From positions 1 to 36,734 of the forward strand of contig CAUZRT010000002.1 of NCBI GenBank assembly GCA_963582235.1: a stretch of 36,734 bases of DNA. Reading direction: 5' to 3'. The translations under genes and the position numbers were made by a program. A model generated the notes under the pieces. It worked only from the letters and a program-made list of their open reading frames with translations. It had not been told where the DNA came from and searched no databases. Source of the DNA: Lentisphaeria bacterium. GTDB taxonomy: Bacteria > Verrucomicrobiota > Lentisphaeria > JABSQK01 > CAJWLW01. Of the stretch, positions 1 to 8,319 are shown piece by piece (positions within the stretch are counted from its first letter, which is position 1; each line of letters begins with the position of its first letter).

Positions 1-1
1 C

Positions 2-904
2 GATCGATTGCTGGCCGAGGGCAACGATGTCATCTGCATGGATAATTTCTTTACCGGCAGAAAGGAAAACATCCGGCATCTGTTGCCCCATCCCGGCTTC
101 GAGCTGGTCCGGCACGACATCACCTTGCCGGTCTATCTCGAGGTTGATGAAATCTACAATCTGGCCTGCCCCGCTTCGCCAATTCATTATCAGCAGCAAC
201 CGGTGCAGACGACGAAAACGTGCGTCCACGGCGTCATCAACATGCTCGGCATGGCCAAGCGGCTCGGTGTTCCCTTTCTGCAGGCGTCAACATCGGAGAT
301 CTACGGCGATCCCGCAAATCACCCCCAGGTCGAGGAGTATTGGGGCAACGTCAACCCCATCGGTCCACGATCGTGTTATGACGAAGGCAAGCGCTGTGCC
401 GAGACGCTCTGCTTCGACTATCACCGGCAGATCAAGCTCGCCGTCAAGGTCATTCGCATCTTTAATACCTATGGACCGCGTATGCACCCCAACGACGGAC
501 GCGTTGTCAGCAATTTTATTGTTCAGGCGCTGCGCGGGAAGGACATTACGATCTACGGGGACGGCACGCAGACACGCTCGTTTTGCTACGTCGATGATCT
601 CATCGAGGGCATGATACGAATGATGGCAACCCCGGTGGATGTCATCGGCCCCATAAACATCGGTAACCCGGGTGAATTCACCATTCAGGAGTTGGCCGAG
701 CAGATCGTCAGCCTGACCAACACCGCATCGAAGATCGTCTTCCGGGAGTTGCCGGCCGATGATCCGCAGCGGCGCCGCCCCTGCATCGACAAGGCGCGGT
801 CGTTGTTGAACTGGCAACCTCGTGTCGATCTCGAAGAGGGGCTGCGGCGGACCATTGCTTTTTTTGAGGACGAATTAAAAAACAGTCCGGATGCGTTTGC
901 CTGA
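2..904 (+). CDS. UDP-glucuronate decarboxylase (UXS-type extended SDR), 5'-truncated at window edge
   Basis: The frame is open from nt 2. The translation [24 protein letters not shown]...[13 protein letters not shown]...STSEIYGDP...YDEGKRCAE is typical of the UXS subfamily, with catalytic YxxxK = YDEGK. The GxxGxxG N-terminus lies upstream of the window. Confidence 0.85.
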   Translation, partial: DRLLAEGNDVICMDNFFTGRKENIRHLLPHPGFELVRHDITLPVYLEVDEIYNLACPASPIHYQQQPVQTTKTCVHGVINMLGMAKRLGVPFLQASTSEIYGDPANHPQVEEYWGNVNPIGPRSCYDEGKRCAETLCFDYHRQIKLAVKVIRIFNTYGPRMHPNDGRVVSNFIVQALRGKDITIYGDGTQTRSFCYVDDLIEGMIRMMATPVDVIGPINIGNPGEFTIQELAEQIVSLTNTASKIVFRELPADDPQRRRPCIDKARSLLNWQPRVDLEEGLRRTIAFFEDELKNSPDAFA

Positions 905-997
905 CCTCGGCTCGCGGGTATAGTACAAGTCTTTCCTGTTACCAGAAATTAGAAACACAACACGACGAAACCGAGACGCTATCGGAACAAGGCACAA

Positions 998-1621
998 ATG
1001 TCAGTTCGACTACGATTACGACGTACCGGGGCGCGGAAAAAAGCCTGCTTTCGGGTGGTCGCGGCGGACCAGCGAAGTCCGCGAAACGGCCGTTTTATCG
1101 AGGTCATCGGGGTCTATGATCCCCGCAAGGACCAGGAAAAACTCAATCTCGAGCGTGTGGATTACTGGCTTTCACAGGGCGCCGTGCCCAGTGAAACGGT
1201 CGCTGCTATAATACATCGCGTCCGTGAGGGTTTGCCGGCACCGCCGCGCCGGCAGAAAAAGCGATATCGCGACGGGCAGGCTGCCGAGGAAGCGGAGACC
1301 CCGGCCGCCGTGGAAGCCGCCCCGGACGAGGCCGCCGAGCCCGAAGTTGCGGAGTCCGAACCAGCGGAGGTTGCCGAACCGGCTGCCGAAGCGGTCGCCG
1401 TGGAAGCGGAAGTTGCGGCGTCCGCAAGTACGGAGCCGACCCCTGAGGAAACCGTAGACGCCGCAGCTGCCGAAGCGGTCGCCGCGGAAGCGGAAGTTGT
1501 GGCGTCCGCAAGTGCGGAGCCGGCCCCTGAGGAAACCATGGACGCTGCGGCTACGGAACCGGCTGGCGCGGAAGCGGCGGAAGCGGCGGACAGCGATGAA
1601 GAGCGCCCCGCGGGCGCATGA
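998..1621 (+). CDS. rpsP: 30S ribosomal protein S16 with ~120-aa Ala/Glu/Pro-rich C-terminal extension
   Basis: The N-terminal ~85 aa (MSVRLRLRRTGARKKACFRVVAADQRSPRNGRFIEVIGVYDP...VDYWLSQGA) is canonical S16. It heads the rpsP-KH-trmD-rplS gene order. The tail is low complexity. Confidence 0.9.
   Translation: MSVRLRLRRTGARKKACFRVVAADQRSPRNGRFIEVIGVYDPRKDQEKLNLERVDYWLSQGAVPSETVAAIIHRVREGLPAPPRRQKKRYRDGQAAEEAETPAAVEAAPDEAAEPEVAESEPAEVAEPAAEAVAVEAEVAASASTEPTPEETVDAAAAEAVAAEAEVVASASAEPAPEETMDAAATEPAGAEAAEAADSDEERPAGA
1382..1549 (+). repeat. 84-nt tandem duplication (2 copies, 1382-1465 and 1466-1549) inside the rpsP tail
   Basis: Direct comparison of the two 84-nt units shows only a handful of substitutions. 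They encode AAEAVAVEAEVAASASTEPTPEETVDAA and AAEAVAAEAEVVASASAEPAPEETMDAA. Confidence 0.85.
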
Positions 1622-1722
1622 TCGCCGGGCGGCGAGCCCATCTTGATCTTCGGGCTCGCGTCACCCATGATCTTTAACTAAGCGAGCGTTGCTCGCCTAA
1701 CGCGTTACGACAGGACCGAGCC

Positions 1723-2070
1723 ATGCTGAAAAGTATTTTCAGAAAGTTAATGGGCGGCGGCGCCGCGACGGCGGCGGCCGGAACGTCAGGTGACGCACCC
1801 GCCAAATCGCAGAGCGCCGTCGCTTCGGGCGAGGCCAATCTGACCGGCTTCGTTGATTACGTCGCGCGGAATCTTGTTGATTGCCCCGAAGACGTTGACA
1901 TTGCCCACGACGTATCGAACGAATGTCTTATGATCAAGGTGAAGTGTCGGAAAAGCGACATCGGCAAGATCATTGGCAAGAACGGCAAGACGATCAATGC
2001 GATTCGCTCTCTGGTCCAGGGGGCAGCGGTTCGTTTGAATAAGAAGGTCAATGTGGAAATCCTGGAGTAA
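1723..2070 (+). CDS. KH-domain RNA-binding protein (YlqC/UPF0109 family)
   Basis: The C-terminal ~75 aa ([17 protein letters not shown]...[28 protein letters not shown]) carries the GKxIGKxG KH motif. It sits in the conserved position between rpsP and trmD. The Ala/Gly-rich N-terminus leaves the start uncertain. Confidence 0.8.
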   Translation: MLKSIFRKLMGGGAATAAAGTSGDAPAKSQSAVASGEANLTGFVDYVARNLVDCPEDVDIAHDVSNECLMIKVKCRKSDIGKIIGKNGKTINAIRSLVQGAAVRLNKKVNVEILE

Positions 2071-2771
2071 TGACGACGCTGGACTTCATAACGATTTTCC
2101 CAGCGATGTTCACCGGCCCGTTCAACGAATCGATTATGAAGCGGGCCTGCGAAAAAGGACTTGTTCAACTCAACCTGATCGACCTCAGGGAGTTCACGTC
2201 GGATCGTCACCGTACCGTCGACGATCGCCCGTATGGCGGCGGCGCCGGCATGGTCATGAAGCCGGAGCCGCTGTTCGCGGCGGTCGATAACCGGCGGCGG
2301 ACGGACAGCCGTGTTATTCTGCTGACTCCGCAGGGCCAGCCCTTCACGCAGGCGCATGCGGACGGGCTGGCAAAGCGGGCGCACCTAATCCTGATCTGCG
2401 GCCATTACGAGGGGGTCGACGAACGCGTCCGCACAGGGCTTGTTGATGAGGAGATCTCGATCGGCGATTATGTATTGACGAACGGCAACCTGGCAGCGAT
2501 GGTAGTGGCCGATGCGGTTGTCCGGCTGCTGCCGGGTGTGCTCGGCTGCGGGCAGTCGACGGTCGAGGAGTCGTTTAACCGCGGCTTACTCGAATATCCC
2601 CAGTATACACGGCCCGATAATTATCGCGGGATGAAGGTACCCGAGATACTGCTCTCCGGTGATCATGGAAAGATCGAAGAATGGCGCCATCAAGCGGCCC
2701 GGCAGCGGACCCGTGAACGGCGACCTGATTTGATTGAGGCGGCCGAGGACAAGGACCGGTCGCCAGATTGA
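2070..2771 (+). CDS. trmD: tRNA (guanine37-N1)-methyltransferase
   Basis: [14 protein letters not shown]...[17 protein letters not shown]...[12 protein letters not shown]...[10 protein letters not shown] are TrmD signatures. The ATG overlaps the upstream TAA by 1 nt (TAATG at 2068-2072). Confidence 0.93.
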   Translation: MTTLDFITIFPAMFTGPFNESIMKRACEKGLVQLNLIDLREFTSDRHRTVDDRPYGGGAGMVMKPEPLFAAVDNRRRTDSRVILLTPQGQPFTQAHADGLAKRAHLILICGHYEGVDERVRTGLVDEEISIGDYVLTNGNLAAMVVADAVVRLLPGVLGCGQSTVEESFNRGLLEYPQYTRPDNYRGMKVPEILLSGDHGKIEEWRHQAARQRTRERRPDLIEAAEDKDRSPD

Positions 2772-2829
2772 GCCGTATCAGGCGGTTTCGACAAAGCCTG
2801 GTGAACGAATCGAAATAAGGACCTGAGCT

Positions 2830-3186
2830 ATGAATGTATTAGAGAAAATAAACAAAGAGCAGTTGAAGGATGACGTTGCTGATTTTGCCATTGGCGACAC
2901 CGTGCGGGTTCATGTCTTGATCCGTGAGGGGGAGAAGGAACGCGTCCAGGGTTTCACCGGGACGGTGATCGGCCGCAGCGGCGGCGGCGTCAAGGAGACA
3001 TTCACGGTTCGGCGAGTCGTTTATGGTCTCGGTGTCGAGCGTGTGTTCCCGCTGCATTCGCCACGCGTCGCCAAGATTGAGGTCGAGCGGCGCGGCGATG
3101 TACGCCGTGCCAAGCTATACTATCTTCGCGAGCGATTTGGAAAGGACGCACGCGTCAAGGAAAAGCTGCGTAGCGAGAAGGCGTGA
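2830..3186 (+). CDS. rplS: 50S ribosomal protein L19
   Basis: Translation: [69 protein letters not shown] lies upstream of the ATG. Confidence 0.93.
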   Translation: MNVLEKINKEQLKDDVADFAIGDTVRVHVLIREGEKERVQGFTGTVIGRSGGGVKETFTVRRVVYGLGVERVFPLHSPRVAKIEVERRGDVRRAKLYYLRERFGKDARVKEKLRSEKA

Positions 3187-3231
3187 ACGGCATTTTGATT
3201 TTCGATTCGTCATTCATTCCCCACCCCCCGA

Positions 3232-3308
3232 GAAACAGTACTCGTAATCGATTACGAGTACTGTTTCCGCCTGCCAAACTGACTGCGCCGGAACCTCGCT
3301 GAATAGTT
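3232..3308 (-). repeat. Composite intergenic element, copy 1 (conserved module 3272-3308 plus perfect 36-nt palindrome 3232-3267)
   Basis: 3272-3308 (TGCCAAACTGACTGCGCCGGAACCTCGCTGAATAGTT) matches 34994-35031 at 32 of 38 aligned columns. 3232-3267 (GAAACAGTACTCGTAATC|GATTACGAGTACTGTTTC) is a perfect inverted repeat and a possible terminator for rplS, but it has no U-tract. Confidence 0.8.
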
Positions 3309-3339
3309 TTTTCATCCTCCCATCCCTCCCATTTTTCCC

Positions 3340-4008
3340 ATGCTCTTTCCGGAAGAGCCGGCGGACCTGTTTGAAATCGAGAACATCGTGTATCGGTGCG
3401 GCTACCAGCGGGTTGTCGGCATCGACGAGGCTGGACGCGGGCCGCTGGCCGGTCCCGTCGTCGCGGCAGCCGTCATGCTTCCGCGGGGCTGTACACTCGA
3501 GGGCCTGGCCGATTCAAAGACGTTGACGGCGGCCCGACGCCAGGCTCTTTACGAGCGGCTGGCAGCAGCACCGGAGGTCGTCACAGCCGTCGTCGCCATG
3601 GCGCCGTCGGAGATCGATCGGCTCAATATTCTGCGGGCGACTCATGCGGCTATGCGCCGGGCGGTTGCCCGAGTGTGTCCAGCGGCGGATTTCATTCTTG
3701 TCGACGGCCGCCCGGTCCCGGATCTTCCCTGCGCCGCACGCAACATCATCAAGGGCGATGCCAAATGTGCATGTGTTGCCGCTGCCGGTATCATTGCCAA
3801 GGTTACGCGCGACCGTCTTATGTGTGACGCGGACCGCGAGTATCCCGAATACGGCTTCCGCCGGCACAAGGGGTACGGCACGAAAGCGCACATCGCGGTC
3901 CTCAATCGACTCGGTCCGTCGCCCATTCACCGTTTTTCGTTCGCCCCGGTAGCAGCAGCCGACGGGGCCGGATCGAAGCAGACCCAATTCGAGTTCATGG
4001 ACGATTAG
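3340..4008 (+). CDS. rnhB: Ribonuclease HII
   Basis: VVGIDEAGRGPLAGPVVAAAV...DSK.L...R...I.GDAKC..VAAAGIIAKV.RD......YPEYGF..HKGYGT..H are RNase HII motifs. Confidence 0.9.
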   Translation: MLFPEEPADLFEIENIVYRCGYQRVVGIDEAGRGPLAGPVVAAAVMLPRGCTLEGLADSKTLTAARRQALYERLAAAPEVVTAVVAMAPSEIDRLNILRATHAAMRRAVARVCPAADFILVDGRPVPDLPCAARNIIKGDAKCACVAAAGIIAKVTRDRLMCDADREYPEYGFRRHKGYGTKAHIAVLNRLGPSPIHRFSFAPVAAADGAGSKQTQFEFMDD

Positions 4009-4237
4009 GGGTGACTATTCAGGTGGACGGTGGGGGGTGGACGGTGAACGCTCGCGCCGGAGTTTCCAGCGTCTACCGCAATATTCGCGAAGGCGATCAC
4101 CCTGAGCATGCAATATTCGTTGGACGGGGTTTCTCCCTCCAACGTCCACCTCCCACCTAAAAGTCAAGTTGCGCGATCGTATTTTGGCCTCCCGCCGGAT
4201 TCGGTAAGACCTAATTCACCCATCCACCCTTCACCCC
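4008..4237 (+). other. Structured rnhB-M48 spacer: ACTATTCAGGT core, G-word arm, two C-word arms, 10-nt direct repeat
   Basis: 4029-4048 is complementary to 4138-4157 (17 Watson-Crick pairs plus 1 G.U out of 20). 4008-4014 is perfectly complementary to 4231-4237. GCAATATTCG occurs at 4078-4087 and 4110-4119. Confidence 0.6.
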
Positions 4238-4247
4238 TGCGTGCTCC

Positions 4248-5489
4248 GTGCCCATCAACCCCTATCTGATCGCCGTCATCGGCATCCTGCTCGGATCCTG
4301 CTTTTTGCGGCTGATCATCGAAGTTCTCAATGTCAATCATCTGCGGACCGAACTGCCGGAAGGTTTCGAGCGCGTCTATGACCCGGAGCGCTATCGCCGC
4401 TCACAGGAATATCTAATTGACAACACCCGCTTCGATGTGATGGAATCGTCGGTGACGACGTCGTTTCTCGTCATATTCATTCTGGCGGGCGGCTTCAATT
4501 TCGTCGATATGACGGCGCGCCGTCTTGGGTTCGGTGAGATTCTTACGGGTCTGGCGTTTGCGGCCATGCTTGTCATTGTCGCCGTCATCTGGCGTCTGCC
4601 CTTTGCGTGGCACCGGACGTTCGGTATCGAGGGACGCTACGGCTTCAATCGAATGGATGGCCGGACCTTCCGGATCGATATCGTCAAGCGACTCTTCCTG
4701 ATGGCCGTGATCGGCGGCCCGGTCCTGGCGTTGGTAATCTGTTTTTTCGCAGGCGCCGGATCCTGGGCCTGGGTGTATTGCTGGGCGGCAGCCGCCGCCA
4801 TTCATCTTTTTCTGGTCTTTGTTGCGCCGACCATCCTCATGCCGCTGTTCAATCGGTTCGAACCGCTTGCCGACGGCAAACTCAAAGAGAGCATCACACG
4901 TTACGCGGATGAACAGGGCTTTGCTGTGGGCGGCATATTGACCATGGACGGGTACCGCCGTTCAACCAAAACGAACGCCTTTTTCGTCGGCTTTGGCCGA
5001 ACCCGGCGCATCGTCCTTTACGACACGCTCGTCGACAAGCATGACCCCGAGGAACTGGTCATCATCCTGGCACATGAAATGGGGCATTTCAAGAAAAAGC
5101 ATGTGCACAAGCTTATTGGCTTTGCCATTCTCTCGATGGGCCTTATGTTCTATATTCTGTCATTGTTCATTAACAATGCCGACCTGTTTTCAGCATTTAG
5201 AATGACGCACACGTCGGTGTATGCGAGCCTGGTTTTCTTCGGTTTTATCTACGGGCCGATCGCAGCGGTGCTGGCGATCGCGACCAATGTTGTGGCCCGC
5301 GGTTTCGAATTCGAGGCAGATGCGTTCGCATCGGCAACCTACGGCAATCCGGAACTGTTGATCCGGGCATTGAAGAAGCTGAGCGTTGATAATCTAACCA
5401 ACCTGACACCGCATCCATTAAAGGTGTTTTTCGAGTATAGCCACCCGCCCGTACTTGAGCGGATCCGGCGGCTTGCCCGGGAGCCGTGA
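4248..5489 (+). CDS. M48-family zinc metalloprotease (Ste24 / CAAX prenyl protease 1-like), polytopic membrane protein
   Basis: HEXXH motif (LAHEMGHFKKKH), multiple hydrophobic segments and a Ste24-like N-terminal domain. GTG start. Confidence 0.85.
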   Translation: MPINPYLIAVIGILLGSCFLRLIIEVLNVNHLRTELPEGFERVYDPERYRRSQEYLIDNTRFDVMESSVTTSFLVIFILAGGFNFVDMTARRLGFGEILTGLAFAAMLVIVAVIWRLPFAWHRTFGIEGRYGFNRMDGRTFRIDIVKRLFLMAVIGGPVLALVICFFAGAGSWAWVYCWAAAAAIHLFLVFVAPTILMPLFNRFEPLADGKLKESITRYADEQGFAVGGILTMDGYRRSTKTNAFFVGFGRTRRIVLYDTLVDKHDPEELVIILAHEMGHFKKKHVHKLIGFAILSMGLMFYILSLFINNADLFSAFRMTHTSVYASLVFFGFIYGPIAAVLAIATNVVARGFEFEADAFASATYGNPELLIRALKKLSVDNLTNLTPHPLKVFFEYSHPPVLERIRRLAREP

Positions 5490-5927
5490 TCCGGGGGCAG
5501 TGTTGAGTAACGCGCGAATTCAGGCAACCGCATAGCGGTGAAGGATTCGCTGGCTTCGGGATGTTGCCTTGGGTTCGGCGTTTGTGGATTCTGCCATCCG
5601 TCAACTGACGGATCACGTTCAGCGTGTCGCGCGTGCGGAATGGTTACGTGATCTTCAGATTCTCTGAATCCAGACGTCCGATTCTGGATACCAACGAATG
5701 AAAGTTAGGCCCCTGGGATGCGATCCAATTTCATACGACATAGCCCGGAGGGCGGTCCATCGTCTGCCAGATCGCCCGGCAGCGGGCAATCCGGAATGAA
5801 TCCGATCACTAACCACTGACCGCTGATAACCCATTCCGGCGCGAATAGTCCCGACCTTTCTGCTGGACAGCAGAGTCGAGACGCGCCGATTCGCATTCGT
5901 CATTCCCCAATCTCCGCATCTTCATCC

Positions 5928-7159
5928 ATGGCCTGGCGATTAAACGAAAGTGTGCAGCGCGGCGAGATCGACAACACGATTGCCGGTCGCGTAACCGGGC
6001 GCATCTGGCTCCTCGGCCGTTCGGATCCCGTGGCCCTGAAGCTGACGGGGAATTGTCACCGTGACCTCGCCGGCTGCCGCATGACATTCGAGAACTCGGA
6101 CCCGAAGACCGAGGACCATACTGGCCTGGCGCCGGATCAGAAAGGCGTTGGCGGCGATATAACGGCGTCCCGCAAATGCCGGATTCCGCTGGTGCCAATC
6201 GCCGAAATTCTGCGACTAAGCAAGGCGGGCAAGTCGTTTCCCATGTAAGTGGGGCAACACCATCTATCTCGAGTGGTTCTCCAAACGTAACGGTCGGGTT
6301 GTTATTGAAAGCCACAATTACCAGGTGCGTGTGTCCGATCCGGACTGGCAGATGTCACGGACGAGGAGCGCCGACAGTTCGAGGAGAACCAGAAGAGCAT
6401 GGCCGACTGGTTCGGGCAGCTCGGGCAGGCCGTCGAGGCGTCCGTGGACGAAGCCGCTGACGCCAATTCGCCGGCAGCGGACGACCTGGCGGACAACCCG
6501 CCAATGGACGAATTCGAGTGGGAGCAGTATCTCCGTGAATCGGACGAGTGCGCCGACCGCTTTGCGGACCTGTTGGAAACCTATAATTACCACTCGGACC
6601 GCGACACCGTCTGGTGGCCCGCGAAATGGGCTGGGACTGGCTCGAAGAGGCGTTGGACGCCGCAGAGAAGGGAAACCCCGAAAGCGGCCACGAAAAAACC
6701 CCGATGCCCGCGGTGCTCAACCACTCGAGCCGAATCCACTCACTGAAGGGAATCGACTGGGTTCGGGACGACCACGGGCACGTCAAGCATCCGCTCAGCA
6801 AACGCGCCTTTGATCTGAGCCTGGAGATGTGGCTCGCCTGCCAGGCCGAGGGGCATATGGAGGACGACGGGGACGCGGACCTGCACAGCATGGTCTTTCA
6901 ATTTCAGATGACCGCGGCCAACCTCGCCGGGCCCCTCGACCATGTCGGTTACGATATTCCCGCCAACGGCGCCTTTATCGTTGCCTGCCTAAAACGCAGC
7001 CTGCGGTGCCTGCACAGCAGCATCGACGCATTGGCGAAAGTCGAGGGCAAAGCATTGATCGATGCGGCGAGACTGAACGGCTACCGCAAAAGCCTGTTCG
7101 CGATACGCCAGGATATTCTCGAGTTAATGAACACCTACCGCAAGCGAACCGATTTCTGA
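5928..7159 (+). pseudogene. Conserved-looking hypothetical gene disrupted by three frameshifts
   Basis: Protein-like translation continues across frames 3>1>3>2. The junctions are FPM|KWGNTIYLEW (extra nt near 6246), SDPDWQ|DVTDEERRQFEE (missing nt near 6350) and YNYHSDRD..|LVAREMGWDWLEE (6600-6612). Confidence 0.6.
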
Positions 7160-7169
7160 GCCATCCTGA

Positions 7170-7739
7170 ATGTCCCTCATTAATTTCCTCATCTTTCCCG
7201 CGGTCGGCGCTGCCATCGGCGCTCTCACCAATCAAGTCGCGATCAAGATGCTGTTTCGTCCGTACCGTCCCATACGCATCGGCCAATGGCAGCTTCCGTT
7301 CACGCCCGGCGTCATCCCCAGTAACCGCCGGCAGATAGCGCGCAACATTGCCGAGACCTTTGAGGCGAAGCTGTTGTCGGGCGGAGAGATTCACGCTGTG
7401 ATCACCGGCGCCCGAGCACGCCGCGCCGTTATCCGCAAGATCAGCGAGATGTTCGATGTCCTGGGGCCGCTTGCCGCAATGCTCGACCCGCTGACACCGA
7501 AGATTGCCAACAAGATTCTCGAGGCGGTTGAAGAGATGGCGAACGAAGCCGTTGCCCATGGCGGCGAGCTTGACATCGGTCGCAAGATCGAAGAAAAGAT
7601 CAACGCCATGGACATCGTTCAACTCGAGGAGCTGGTGCTCGGTGTCTCGCGCCGGCAATTCCGGCACATCAACCTGTTCGGCGGTGTTCTCGGCGCGCTG
7701 ATCGGCCTGGCTCAGGCGCTGATCAATCTCTTTCTCTGA
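7170..7739 (+). CDS. DUF445-family membrane protein
   Basis: GAAIGALTNQVAIKMLFRPYRP....LPFTPGVIPSNRRQIARNIAE plus the C-terminal hydrophobic GGVLGALIGLAQALINLFL are typical of DUF445. Confidence 0.7.
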   Translation: MSLINFLIFPAVGAAIGALTNQVAIKMLFRPYRPIRIGQWQLPFTPGVIPSNRRQIARNIAETFEAKLLSGGEIHAVITGARARRAVIRKISEMFDVLGPLAAMLDPLTPKIANKILEAVEEMANEAVAHGGELDIGRKIEEKINAMDIVQLEELVLGVSRRQFRHINLFGGVLGALIGLAQALINLFL

Positions 7740-8319
7740 TTACAACTGCGGCTTGGTGCTCGCGCAATACCGACGGAAAAAAAGTTCCCGATCTCACGAA
7801 TAATTTTCTTGTGCAAAAAAAAAACTACCGCTATTTTAGGGGCATAGGCCGAAATCCTACGAAAAATGATGATCTGCCCTTATTCGTTTCAGAATAAATC
7901 GATCATCCCGGGATTCAAAACTCATTGCATCGAGGTCGGTTACAGCTTTGCGGCCGGCTTCGAAGTATAACACAATAACTGGTTGTGCACAAGAGAATGA
8001 TCAAGACTTTCCTATCACGACTGTTCGACGAGATGAGCCCTTGTCATGGGTGAGTGAGGCTACCGGCTGAAGAAGTCGGTTGACAGTACGCCAAGCGCGC
8101 TATCGGCCAGCAGCAAGCGATTTGGATGGACGTTATCCGCTCACGGCGAACGGATGTCGCGGTTTACCGCATGCAGCTGACCTGTCACATAGGCTTCCAA
8201 GACCTCGAAGGTGCCTATCTGGCGCATCACCTCTACGCGAACGGGGGCTCCCGGACTACTACTCACTGTTCATCAACTGTGACAACATCGTGAACAGTGG
8301 CATCAGCTCGAATCTCTAC

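Noticed and set aside
1162-1668. 168-aa and 101-aa ORFs antisense to the rpsP tail
   Set aside because: These are Ala/Ser/Arg-rich shadow ORFs produced by GC-rich repetitive coding sequence on the opposite strand. They have no start context or motifs.
5490-5927. RNase P RNA, tmRNA, SRP RNA or tRNA in the ORF-free region
   Set aside because: None of the hallmarks is present on either strand. I looked for GGAAAGTCCGG (only a dissimilar GAAAGGTCGGGAC is there), a GGTTCGA T-loop with a CCA end or an ala-tag ORF, and CAGGTCCGGAAGGAAGCAGC.
6975-7667. 230-aa minus-strand ORF overlapping the DUF445 gene and the end of the pseudogene
   Set aside because: It is an Arg/Gly/Cys-rich shadow ORF opposite well-supported plus-strand coding sequence.
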